Assembly (NCBI GenBank): GCA_050013395.1
Contig: JBEKFI010000006.1
Coordinates: 12,303-76,302 of the forward strand
DNA length: 64,000 nucleotides
Source: Verrucomicrobiia bacterium
GTDB taxonomy: Bacteria; Verrucomicrobiota; Verrucomicrobiia; Palsa-1439
Direction: 5' to 3'
Positions 19,173-28,097 of this stretch are shown piece after piece. The translations under genes and the position numbers were made by a program. A model generated the notes under the pieces. The model searched no databases. It saw only the letters and a list, made by a program, of their open reading frames with translations, and was not told the DNA's origin. How positions within the stretch are numbered: position 1 is the stretch's first letter; each line of letters starts with the position of its first letter.

Positions 19173-19779
19173 GGTAGTTCTCCTTGAGGTTTGCCCAAAT
19201 GATGTCGGCCTGTTCCACGAGCACGCGGAACGAGCCGTCGTTCAAAATCACGAAATCTGCTTTGTCCATCTTCTTCTGCATCGGCCACTGCGCTCGGATC
19301 CGTGCGCGCGCCTGCGTTGCGGTCAATCCTTTTGCCGCCAGCCGCGCCAGTTGTGTCTGCTCGCTGCAGCCGACGGCCACGACGCAATCAAATTGATTTT
19401 CCACTCCGACTTCATAAAGCAACGGGATCGAAACCAGCGCGACCGCGACACGCCCCTCGCGCTCCAGCTTTTCCAGGGCTTCCATCCACATCTGGCGAAC
19501 GACTGGATGAACGATTTGATTCAACACCAGGCGCTTCTGTTCATCTCCAAAAACGATTTCGCCCAGCGCGGCCCGGTTGATCGATCCGTCTGCGTTCAAA
19601 ATCCCCTTGCCGAACACCTTGACAATCTCGTCGTAGGTCGTCGTTCCCTGCGCCAGCGTCTGATGAGCCAGTTTGTCGGTCTCAATCACCGCCGTGTCGG
19701 CCTGCCGCCAGCGAGCTGCAACGGCCGATTTTCCAGCGGCGATTCCGCCGGTAAGGCCAAGCTTGAATAGCCATTTCAT
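19153..19779 (-). CDS. coaE: Dephospho-CoA kinase
   Basis: P-loop [11 protein letters not shown] and CoaE-like overall sequence. Overlaps the rho start. Confidence 0.85.
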   Translation of the reverse strand: MKWLFKLGLTGGIAAGKSAVAARWRQADTAVIETDKLAHQTLAQGTTTYDEIVKVFGKGILNADGSINRAALGEIVFGDEQKRLVLNQIVHPVVRQMWMEALEKLEREGRVAVALVSIPLLYEVGVENQFDCVVAVGCSEQTQLARLAAKGLTATQARARIRAQWPMQKKMDKADFVILNDGSFRVLVEQADIIWANLKENYHAPSKN

Positions 19780-20011
19780 GCTGTCATAACGCCGATTACC
19801 GTACCAAGCGCATTGGGTGGTAAATATCCTGAACAGTGCTTTGGGATGATGACCTAGGAGACCGTCAGATCAACTGTGTACGACCGAAAAATACCTGTCG
19901 AATCCACGTGCGTCAAGTGCCGAATTCAGTTTATTTCAGGTATTGAACCGACTTTGGCGGGAGGACCTTTCGCGCCGCTGCCGAGCCTCCTCCGCCAAGT
20001 GCCTCCGCCGA

Positions 20012-20267
20012 AGCTACGGCACTCACGCGAAGGCGGAAGCAGCATTGGCTGCGACGGCCGGAAGCTATGGCGCGTAGGTGGTCAGGCCCGCGACTCCTCG
20101 CAGCAGTCGCGCGCAGAAGCGCGCTCCTACAGCTCGCACCGCAGCTTCTCAAGGCTGGTTGCCCAAACGTCTTCGGTCGTTGTAGCCGCGCTTCTACGAA
20201 ACGCGGGGCATCGGCTTGCCGAAGAGATTCGGCGCTTCATTCACCCCGAAAGCCTTCGGGGCAGGGA
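20012..20267. repeat. ~250-bp structured non-coding repeat (copy 1) ending in hairpin CCCCGAA-AGCC-TTCGGGG
   Basis: About 90% identical to 30848..31090. No conserved reading frame. Contains internal complementary segments. Confidence 0.75.
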
Positions 20268-20346
20268 CGGACTGCGGATCGAGACGAATGCCGCAATCCA
20301 GCGGCATGTTGATGACGTCCGCGCAGTCGGCCATCTTTATCCTGAC

Positions 20347-20559
20347 TCAGTCCTTTTTGGGGCTCACGACCAGCAACACGATTCCGCCGACCAGCGCGAG
20401 CGCCCCGACGACTGGCGGGATAAAGTGGCTGTGGGTGGTCTCGATGTGCACTCCGAGGAAATCGACGGGCTTTCCCGGAGTCTTGAAAGTGATGCCCGAG
20501 TAAGCGAGCACCACGATGCCGAGAGCGATCAAGATGACGGCAATGGTTTTTGTATTCAT
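20347..20559 (-). CDS. Small two-TM membrane protein (DUF3185-like)
   Basis: 70 aa with two hydrophobic helices. A GGAG RBS lies upstream. Confidence 0.45.
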   Translation of the reverse strand: MNTKTIAVILIALGIVVLAYSGITFKTPGKPVDFLGVHIETTHSHFIPPVVGALALVGGIVLLVVSPKKD

Positions 20560-20588
20560 TTCGAATCTCCAGTTTCCTTGTATCAGTT

Positions 20589-20747
20589 AACCGCTTCTTA
20601 CGACGCTTTTCGGCCCTGAATGATGTTGACCAGAATCATGATCACGGCAATCACCAGCAGAACGTGAATGACTCCGCCCATCGTGTAACTGCTCACCAGT
20701 CCCAGCAGCCACAGAACGATTAGTACGACAGCTATTGTCCACAACAT
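20589..20747 (-). CDS. lmo0937-family small membrane protein
   Basis: The 52-aa sequence MLWTIAVVLIVLWLLGLVSSYTMGGVIHVLLVIAVIMILVNIIQGRKAS matches the lmo0937 family signature. RBS aaggagaat. Confidence 0.6.
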
Positions 20748-20833
20748 ATGATTCTCCTTTTGGTTTGCTTTGAATTCACTACCGACTAGTGCGCCCCATA
20801 CAACTCCCGCACCAGCCAGTAATGAATTGATGT

Positions 20834-21412
20834 CTACTTGTTCTTGGACACGGCCGCCTTTGGCTGTTTCAGCACCACCTTGGCGCCATGCGCGGTCTTG
20901 GTCACCGCTTTGCGAACCGTCTCCACTGCGGTCGAACCGACCTTGCCAGCCGCTTTCAACGCCCCATCGGCAGCCGCCGACGCGGCGTCCTCGGCGCTGA
21001 CTCCCAATTCCTTGGCGCCTGCGATCGCCCCTTCAACAAGACCGGTGGCAGCGGCCTCAAGGTCGCCGCCGACCGCGGCCGTGTCTCGGATCGTGACATG
21101 GGCGGTGTGGCTGATGGTATCCATGACCTCCGTGCCTGCCTCCTTGGTGCCGCGCAGTACCCCGACCATGATCCCTTTCGCGGCATGCCCCAGGTCGGCG
21201 CCAACCTGCACTGCGCCGCGGATCGCGCCGCTCGCAACTGCAGCAATGGCATCGGTTACGGACGTGCCCACCTTGCCGGTATCTTTGATCGTTGTGGCGA
21301 GCGTTTTGGTAATGGTATCCACCGTCGCTTGGACGATGTCACCCGTCCCTTTGATCGCGGCAACAATCCCATCTTTAACCGTCTCAATCATCCCTGAGTG
21401 TTCTGTCTTCAT
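20834..21412 (-). CDS. Repetitive Ala/Thr/Gly-rich hypothetical protein
   Basis: Internal imperfect repeats (TxxDTxxxV / GAIxGAxxxG). No recognisable catalytic motifs. Confidence 0.35.
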   Translation of the reverse strand: MKTEHSGMIETVKDGIVAAIKGTGDIVQATVDTITKTLATTIKDTGKVGTSVTDAIAAVASGAIRGAVQVGADLGHAAKGIMVGVLRGTKEAGTEVMDTISHTAHVTIRDTAAVGGDLEAAATGLVEGAIAGAKELGVSAEDAASAAADGALKAAGKVGSTAVETVRKAVTKTAHGAKVVLKQPKAAVSKNK

Positions 21413-21493
21413 GTTTGCTTTCCTTTCGGATTACCAAGGCTCGTTGCCGGCTGGTGCACTCCTGCACCAGCCAACAGCGATCCTGTGGTTGTG

Positions 21494-22261
21494 TTACTCT
21501 TTCTTGGGCTCTTCGATGGTCATGTTGTTGACCACGCTCTTCACACCGTGAACGTCCTCGACGAGCTTGGTAACCAGATCCTTCTCGGCGGCGTTCCGGG
21601 CTTTGCCACCCAGCGTGACCACGCCATCGTTCGTCTCCACCTTGGTCCGGAGGACGCCGGTCGAGCGATGCGACAGCAACGTCATCTTCACTTGGGCGGT
21701 GATGGAAGCGTCATCAATCTTTTCGCCCATGGTTTCGCCCGGCTTTTCCGGGTTTGCTGCCACCGTCATCTCGTTCTTGACGCCTTTGACGCCTTCGACG
21801 TCTTTGGCGAATTCGGTGGTGAGTTCCTTTTGGGCCTGGCTCGCGGCTTCGCCTTTCAGCGTCACGATGCCATCTTTCACGTAAACCTCCGTTTTGTGGG
21901 CATTCACGTTGCGATGGAACACCAGCGCGGTTTTCACTTTCATGCTGACCCACGTATCCGAGCTCTCGGCGGGGCCTTTGACTTCGATACGATTGTCCAC
22001 GGTCTTGACCCCGGGCAACGCCTCGGCGACGTCTTGGGCCATCGGTTTGTGGGTTTCGTTATACACGTCGCCCGACAAGGTGACGGCTCCATCCTTGGAG
22101 CTGATCTTGATGTGTTCGTCCTTCAGATACGTCTTATAGACGTAGGTCTTTTTGAACGAGGTTTCGATGCGGTCATCCGTCTCGGACGCGCGCAACGGCG
22201 TGCTGCTGCCCACCAGGGCGGCCACAGCCACTACAAGCGCCAATGGATACATTACTTTCAT
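21494..22261 (-). CDS. BON-domain (OsmY-like) periplasmic protein with three BON domains
   Basis: Signal peptide. Three repeats of the ~60-aa BON pattern (V.V.DG.VTL.G.....A...A...V.GVK.V.N). Confidence 0.75.
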   Translation of the reverse strand: MKVMYPLALVVAVAALVGSSTPLRASETDDRIETSFKKTYVYKTYLKDEHIKISSKDGAVTLSGDVYNETHKPMAQDVAEALPGVKTVDNRIEVKGPAESSDTWVSMKVKTALVFHRNVNAHKTEVYVKDGIVTLKGEAASQAQKELTTEFAKDVEGVKGVKNEMTVAANPEKPGETMGEKIDDASITAQVKMTLLSHRSTGVLRTKVETNDGVVTLGGKARNAAEKDLVTKLVEDVHGVKSVVNNMTIEEPKKE

Positions 22262-22377
22262 TCGACTTCCTTCTTTCTGTTGTTACGTCTTTGGGTTGGA
22301 AGCAGGCTACGCGATGGGCTGGCCCTTCGCTATGGGGTAAAACCCTACCTTGGATGTTCAGGGGTCCATGGCCATGC

Positions 22378-23304
22378 TTACGGCTTCTTCACGCGGCCGG
22401 CTTTGTTGGTCGCTGCGGCATCGGCTTGCTCGACGTACTTGCGGATCAGCCAGTGCCGCTGCATCCCTCTGACCAACCGTTCGATCTCGTGCATGGTCTG
22501 CTGCGTCTGCGCCACCAGCGCCGGCAGGTCTTGGGCGCTCTGATTAACCGAACCGGCGATCGCCGGGAAATTCGTGCTCGCTTGCTGAACGTTGCCCAAG
22601 ATGAGCTTCAGTTCGTCCATCGAGGCGTTGGCCTTGGCCAGCAACTCCTCCAACTCATCCGCGACCGTCGGATCTGTCAGCAGTCGGCCCGCCGTGCCTT
22701 TGCCCTGCTGGAGGTCAGTGGCAATGTCGTCCACGCGAACAATCAGTTTGTCCAAGCGCTCCGTCGCGGCGACGAGGTTCGTGCCCAGCGCAGTCCACGT
22801 CTCGAGGCCCGCGCTCAGTTTCTTCAACGCGGGCACGGCCTCGCGGCGGACCTCCTCCAGCGCGGCTTCCAAGGCGCTTGGCTGAAGCTCGTTGCAGATG
22901 ATGGAGGCATTCTTTTCGGGCAACGGCTGGCCATGACCGCGCGTGATCTCAAAGTAGGCATCGCCCATCACGCCGAATTTCCGTTTGACGACCGCCGACG
23001 AGTCCGCGCGCACAAACAGGAAGAAATCGCGGCGGATGTTCACCCGGGCCTCCATGCGCCCGGTCGGATCGACGCTGACATCGGAGACCGTTCCCATGAG
23101 CGTGCCCAGGAAGTACACCTCCGAGCCTTGCCGGATGCCCGCCGCGCCGGTCGCCGGCAGAACGATCCGCAGCGTGACATTGCTTCTGAACCAGCGCTGA
23201 CTGTGACTCGTCCACACGATGGCGGCGATCAGCACGGCGACAACGGCGAGGACAAACGTGCCCGTGATCGCGTTGACGTGCCGAAACTTGAAGCGTTCTT
23301 CCAT
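22378..23304 (-). CDS. MlaD / Mce-family protein
   Basis: N-terminal TM helix, Mce domain (LRIVLPATGAAGIRQGSEVYFLG..G.V) and a long helical C-terminus. Confidence 0.7.
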   Translation of the reverse strand: MEERFKFRHVNAITGTFVLAVVAVLIAAIVWTSHSQRWFRSNVTLRIVLPATGAAGIRQGSEVYFLGTLMGTVSDVSVDPTGRMEARVNIRRDFFLFVRADSSAVVKRKFGVMGDAYFEITRGHGQPLPEKNASIICNELQPSALEAALEEVRREAVPALKKLSAGLETWTALGTNLVAATERLDKLIVRVDDIATDLQQGKGTAGRLLTDPTVADELEELLAKANASMDELKLILGNVQQASTNFPAIAGSVNQSAQDLPALVAQTQQTMHEIERLVRGMQRHWLIRKYVEQADAAATNKAGRVKKP

Positions 23305-23344
23305 CAGTGTGCCTCGTTCGCCTTGTCCGTCATTTCGTTCATGG

Positions 23345-24181
23345 CTACAGATAAGTTAGCAGCGACACCACCGCCGAGATCACAAACAGGCCCGCGACGG
23401 AGCGGGTGAGCGCCCGTTGCGTGGCCCGCGGGATTTCCGTGACCGACCCGCCGACGCCCAGCCCGCCAATGCAACAGGACGCACCGGCAAACAGGGCGGG
23501 CAGGATGCTCTTGGCGAGGATGCTGAACACGTCGTTGGGGCGAACCGCGCTCGACACGGTGTCCGTAAATAACAGCAAATCGCCACTGCCTTTTCCGACC
23601 CATGCCGCGAACACATAACCGCTCGCAAACGCGACCAGGATAAAGATGATCGTCAGGCAAAACGTGGACACGGCCACGCCCAGCACGCGCGGCATCACCA
23701 GATACAGGAACGGATCGCTCCCCTGTGCTTCGAGGGCGTGAACGTCCCCGTTGATTTTGAGAACGGCCAGTTCTGTCGCCATCGCACTGCTGCTGCGCAC
23801 GATCACCACGATGTTGGTCAGTACCGGACCGAGTTCGCGCGCCACGACCGCCACCAACAGCGGCCCGAGCAGTTGTGATTGTCCCGCTGCGCCGACCCAG
23901 AAAGAGAGCTGCACCACCACCGAAATACCGACAAACACCGCCACCCCGCAGACAAACCCGAGCGGTTCGACTCCGATAGCCAGGACCTGCCGCGCCAACA
24001 TGTTCCGCACCGTGCGCACCCAGGACCGCGGTCGAACGCCGACGTACAGGACTGTCCCAATCACCGCCGCCGCATGCCGCAACTCGTCCCACTGCGTCCA
24101 AGCCATCTCCCCCAATCTGCCAATCGCACGCATGAATGGATTCCGAAACTCACCTGCCACTTCGGTTATTCCTACAAACAT
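23345..24181 (-). CDS. MlaE-family ABC transporter permease
   Basis: Multi-TM permease with MlaE-like conserved segments. Adjacent to and co-oriented with mlaD. No MlaF ATPase gene is nearby. Confidence 0.7.
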   Translation of the reverse strand: MFVGITEVAGEFRNPFMRAIGRLGEMAWTQWDELRHAAAVIGTVLYVGVRPRSWVRTVRNMLARQVLAIGVEPLGFVCGVAVFVGISVVVQLSFWVGAAGQSQLLGPLLVAVVARELGPVLTNIVVIVRSSSAMATELAVLKINGDVHALEAQGSDPFLYLVMPRVLGVAVSTFCLTIIFILVAFASGYVFAAWVGKGSGDLLLFTDTVSSAVRPNDVFSILAKSILPALFAGASCCIGGLGVGGSVTEIPRATQRALTRSVAGLFVISAVVSLLTYL

Positions 24182-24668
24182 AGCGCTTGTCTCAGTCTAC
24201 AATCACCTGCTCGCCGTAAAGCCAAGTGGGATGGTTATTCAGTTACTAAGTCTTCATGATGTTTCGACCTGCTGGACGGTTCTTAACCATCCCTTTTCCA
24301 CCACGCCCCTTGGCCGCGCGCTTTTTAGCTGCAGTCATCCTGCCGCCTCTGCTTTTCTTTGCCATATGCAATCACCCCTTCCCTTGTTGCGTTGTTACGT
24401 TTTCCATTACGAAGCATGCTAAGTCGTGGGCTGGCCCTTCGCTATGGGGTGTATACCCCATAGACGGCTTGCCGACGACGCCCTCCAGTTTCTCCAACAA
24501 CAACCCTGGCCCGGTAACGCAAACCGGGCGTCAAGCAGGCGGTGGCTGAAGTCGAACCGCGAGAGTCAACCCTTCTGAGCGAATCGCGGCGCAGGCGTAC
24601 CGGCAGACGTACCGGCATTCAATCGCGGGCTGGTTCGCCGAAGGAGAGCTTGCCCCGACCGGCTCACC

Positions 24669-25724
24669 TTGGCATACTGCGTACCGATGGCTGCGAGTGT
24701 CGCACTTGTAGATTTAGGTGAAACCGTTGACCTAGCGAGGGTGGCGGCGACGGATCATCTTGACCCAGAAAGGCGGGCCGAATTGGGGCAAGTCCTAACG
24801 CCGCATTTCGTTGCAAAGTTGATGGCAGACAGGCTGTCACTGCATCGTTCCTCAATTCGTTTGCTCGATCCGGGTGCCGGAATCGGGTCGTTGACTGCGG
24901 CTGTCGTCGAGCGGATTCTCCAGAGTGACCAGCGGCCTACTTCGCTTCATGTGGATGCTTTCGAGATTGATTCGACGCTTGCTGTCCACTTGGATGATAC
25001 GCTGGAACTTTGCGCGAGACACCTTGCAGGAATCGGCGTCTATTTCTCGCATGTGATTCACCGCACGGACTTCATCTCCGATGCAAGTCTGGCGTTGCGG
25101 GATGACCTTTTTACCGGAGAGCGCCAGCGTTACGATGCTGCAATTCTGAATCCGCCTTACCGGAAGATCGCGACGGATTCGGTGGAACGAAGGCATCTTG
25201 AGGGAGTGGGATTGCCGGTCGTTAATCTTTACACGGCGTTTCTCGGGCTCGTGGTGAAGCTGCTGGCGGAGGACGGGGAGTTGGTGGCGATCACGCCGCG
25301 CAGTTTCTGCAACGGTCCATATCACGCGCCGTTTCGCAGGTTTTTCTTGGACGAGATGGCGATTAAGTCCATGCACGTTTTCGAGTCGCGAAAAGCTGCT
25401 TTCAATGAAGCCGATGTCTTGCAGGAGAATGTCGTCATCCATGCCGTCAAAACGAGAATCAAGCCGCAGACCGTGACAATCTTCACGTCGAGCGGCCAAT
25501 CTGAAGACATGGTTGCCTATCACGAAACACTTTATGACAAAATAGTCCTGCCGGACGATGCACAGCGGTTCATTCGGATTGTCGAAGATAGCGTTGACGA
25601 CGAGATTCAACAGCAGCTTCAGGCGCTGCCCTCTCGTCTCGACCATTTGGGACTGTCAGCGTCAACAGGTCGCGTAGTGGATTTTCGCGCAGCGGACTTG
25701 CTGCAAGCGGAATTGAACGCGTAG
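24669..25724 (+). CDS. N6-adenine DNA methyltransferase (gamma-class)
   Basis: Motif I LDPGAGIGSL, then motif IV NPPY about 85 aa downstream. Lower GC than the flanking DNA. Confidence 0.7.
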   Translation: MAYCVPMAASVALVDLGETVDLARVAATDHLDPERRAELGQVLTPHFVAKLMADRLSLHRSSIRLLDPGAGIGSLTAAVVERILQSDQRPTSLHVDAFEIDSTLAVHLDDTLELCARHLAGIGVYFSHVIHRTDFISDASLALRDDLFTGERQRYDAAILNPPYRKIATDSVERRHLEGVGLPVVNLYTAFLGLVVKLLAEDGELVAITPRSFCNGPYHAPFRRFFLDEMAIKSMHVFESRKAAFNEADVLQENVVIHAVKTRIKPQTVTIFTSSGQSEDMVAYHETLYDKIVLPDDAQRFIRIVEDSVDDEIQQQLQALPSRLDHLGLSASTGRVVDFRAADLLQAELNA

Positions 25725-25741
25725 CCTTGGGCGACCGCACC

Positions 25742-26215
25742 TCAGAACGAGATGCTCCATGTCGGGTAGATTCCTTTCGCCCGGGCGAAAATCCGCGCCA
25801 AGTCGATCTCCGTGTGCTGACGCGTTGTGGTGTTCACCAGCACGAACTTGAACTGGCGCTTTAGGCTTTGCGCAACCAGAACCTCCGCGCCTGTGAGGCC
25901 AAAAAAGAATTTCGAGAAGTCAGATCGAAGATTCTTCTTCGTGGACTTTATTTCGAAGACAGTTACTCGGTGGAGATTGGCTTCCACTGACGCCAAGTCG
26001 TCCAAGTTCACTGAACCGGTTACTTTAACAATGTCGAACGCCTTCCCATAAACGACCTTGCCTTTCTTTGCGAAGGCAACGAGCAGGTTCTGCTTTTGCC
26101 GAGCTGTCGGAATTATAAAACCGGTCTTCTTGGCAACCAGGATGTCGGCGGCTTTCTTGGCGGTCCGTTGACCTGACTGGAAATCGTGTTCTGCGATCTC
26201 GTCCCGTTTGCTCAT
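25742..26215 (-). CDS. Small PD-(D/E)xK-type nuclease; candidate restriction endonuclease
   Basis: D...(V)FEIK motif (NLDDLASVEANLHRVTVFEIKSTKK). Start overlaps the stop of the upstream HTH gene (ATGA). Convergent with the methyltransferase. Confidence 0.35.
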   Translation of the reverse strand: MSKRDEIAEHDFQSGQRTAKKAADILVAKKTGFIIPTARQKQNLLVAFAKKGKVVYGKAFDIVKVTGSVNLDDLASVEANLHRVTVFEIKSTKKNLRSDFSKFFFGLTGAEVLVAQSLKRQFKFVLVNTTTRQHTEIDLARIFARAKGIYPTWSISF

Positions 26216-26490
26216 CGACTTCTGCCTCGCTCAGCCTTGCTGAAGTTGGAGTACGCGGCTGCAAACTTCTCAATGGTCAATCCCAACGCACCGCAGACTT
26301 GTGCCGTCTCAATAAAGTCCAATCGTCTCTCTCCGGTTTCGTACTTGCTCACGAAGCTCTGGGGAACTTTGAGGCGCTCAGCCAACTCGGCTTGGGTTAA
26401 GCCTTTATCTTCGCGCAGCTTCTTGAGCAGCGCGCAGAATGAATCGTAATCGTCTGTTTGGCTCGCTTTACTCACCCGCCCATAATGCAC
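26212..26490 (-). CDS. XRE-family HTH transcriptional regulator, controller (C) protein-like
   Basis: HTH segment LTQAELAERLKVPQSFVSKYETGERRL. Translationally coupled to the downstream nuclease gene. Start codon uncertain (GTG at 26490 or further upstream). Confidence 0.45.
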   Translation of the reverse strand: MHYGRVSKASQTDDYDSFCALLKKLREDKGLTQAELAERLKVPQSFVSKYETGERRLDFIETAQVCGALGLTIEKFAAAYSNFSKAERGRSR

Positions 26491-26527
26491 GACTTGACTT
26501 GAATAACCCAAATTAGGATATTCGAGC

Positions 26528-27100
26528 GTGCGACGTAACCTACCATTCGACGCCGAAAGCATCCGTGAGACTCTGGAAGCCTTTGTTGAGGCCGGTATCG
26601 CAAAGCGAATCGAGCATGCAGCTCCCGTGAAGTTTTCTCGTCGTGCACGCCGCGCTCTCGTCAGAGCCGTCGTCACCAAATTGCACGCGTGCTGGGCGCC
26701 TGCCGGGCGCGTTCTTTACGTTGGCGATGCCGACACGAAATTTGCCCGCTTTGACAAAAGAGGACTCAGCAAATTGGGTGTGCATCTGGAAGAGCACGGC
26801 AAGATGCCCGATGTCATCATCCATTACACAAAGAAAAACTGGCTCCTGTTGATCGAGGCAGTCACCTCGCACGGGCCGGTGAATCCGAAACGACATCAAG
26901 AACTCAAACGCTTATTCGCGAAGTCAAAGGCTGGACTGGTTTACGTCACGGCATTTCTCACCCGCAAAGAAATGGTCGTGCACCTCGGGCAAATTTCTTG
27001 GGAAACAGAAGTCTGGGTCGCAGAGTCTCCGACGCACATGATTCATTTTAATGGTGAAAGGTTTCTTGGCCCGTACCCTGACTCGACGCCGACCCGCTGA
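26528..27100 (+). CDS. BsuBI/PstI-family restriction endonuclease C-terminal (catalytic) domain-like protein; lacks an N-terminal domain
   Basis: The segment PDVIIHYTKKNWLLLIEAVTSHGP resembles the catalytic core of the BsuBI/PstI family. At 190 aa it is shorter than the ~320-aa enzymes in that family. Confidence 0.3.
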   Translation: MRRNLPFDAESIRETLEAFVEAGIAKRIEHAAPVKFSRRARRALVRAVVTKLHACWAPAGRVLYVGDADTKFARFDKRGLSKLGVHLEEHGKMPDVIIHYTKKNWLLLIEAVTSHGPVNPKRHQELKRLFAKSKAGLVYVTAFLTRKEMVVHLGQISWETEVWVAESPTHMIHFNGERFLGPYPDSTPTR

Positions 27101-27389
27101 GAAGAAACGCCGTCGCGCATCCACAAAATGAGCAAGCACGTTCAACGGTTTGTTGTAACCGCGCATCCCGCGGACACCGGCCATTTGCGTTAACTACACA
27201 CTTCCGAATATTTATGGCGCGACGGAGTGCCCATTCCAACGAGGTAGGGTTTTACCCCATCGACAGATTGAAGCAACTGTCAGACATTGACACAAGATTA
27301 GTGGCTCGCCGACGAGGGATCAGGCGTCCCTGAGGGCGGGACAACAACCGAGGCTGCCTTGGTGGTGGCGCATGAATGCGGGATACACT

Positions 27390-28097
27390 ATGAAGCGAAA
27401 ATTGACCGGGTTATCGCGACGCTATGTGGCGGCGTTGCGAAAACACCTGAAGCAAGGGCCACAGGCGAGCTTGCAGCCGGCGCTTGGACTGGGACGCCAG
27501 GCCGCGGCTCTCGGACTGGAGACGTTGGACGTGGCCAGGATTCACGAGGGAGCACTCGCCACACTGGAAGCATCCAGCAGCAGAGATGGGATCATCAAGC
27601 GAGCGGGGATTTTTTTTGCCGAGGCCATCACGCCGATCGAGAAGACTCATCGCGCCGCGCTCAAGGCCAATGCCCGCCTGAATCAACTGAACAACACGCT
27701 GGGCCGGCGCACGGTGCACCTGGCGGCCTCCAACCGGTCCTTGAAACAGGGGATCGTCCGGCGCAAGGCCGTGGAGCAAGCCCTCAAGAAAAGCGCGGGA
27801 CACTACGCCCGGTTGTTGAAGAAGTCCCGTCGCCTGCAGGAATATTTGCAGCATTTGACCCACCAGATTCTATCGGCGCAGGAGGACAAACGAAAGAAGA
27901 TCAGCCGCGAGTTGCATGATGAAGTCGCCCAGACTTTGTTGGGAATCAATGTCCGGCTGTTGACGTTGAAAAAGGCGGCCGCGGTCAACACGGGGGGCCT
28001 TAAAAAAGAGATTGCCAGCACGCAGCAGCTTGTGGAAAAATCAGTGAAAATCATGAGTCGGTTCGCTCGTGAATTCGGCATCCATAATGAAGCGTAA
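27390..28097 (+). pseudogene. Truncated tandem duplicate of the downstream histidine kinase (sensor + HisKA_3 only, no HATPase domain)
   Basis: N-terminus MKRKLTGLSRRY... and the HisKA_3 region ISRELHDEVAQTL are about 70% identical to 28087..29220. The ORF ends exactly where the 5' leader and start of copy 2 begin. Confidence 0.55.

Noticed and set aside
19876-20619. 247-aa and other ORFs spanning the ~250-bp structured repeat
   Set aside because: They run through a non-coding repeat whose two copies preserve no common frame. No RBS and no codon-usage support.
24520-24600. tRNA-like GGTTCGA-containing segment on the minus strand
   Set aside because: Could not fold a cloverleaf: no complementary T-stem or acceptor stem around the GGTTCGACT segment. 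Probably chance similarity.
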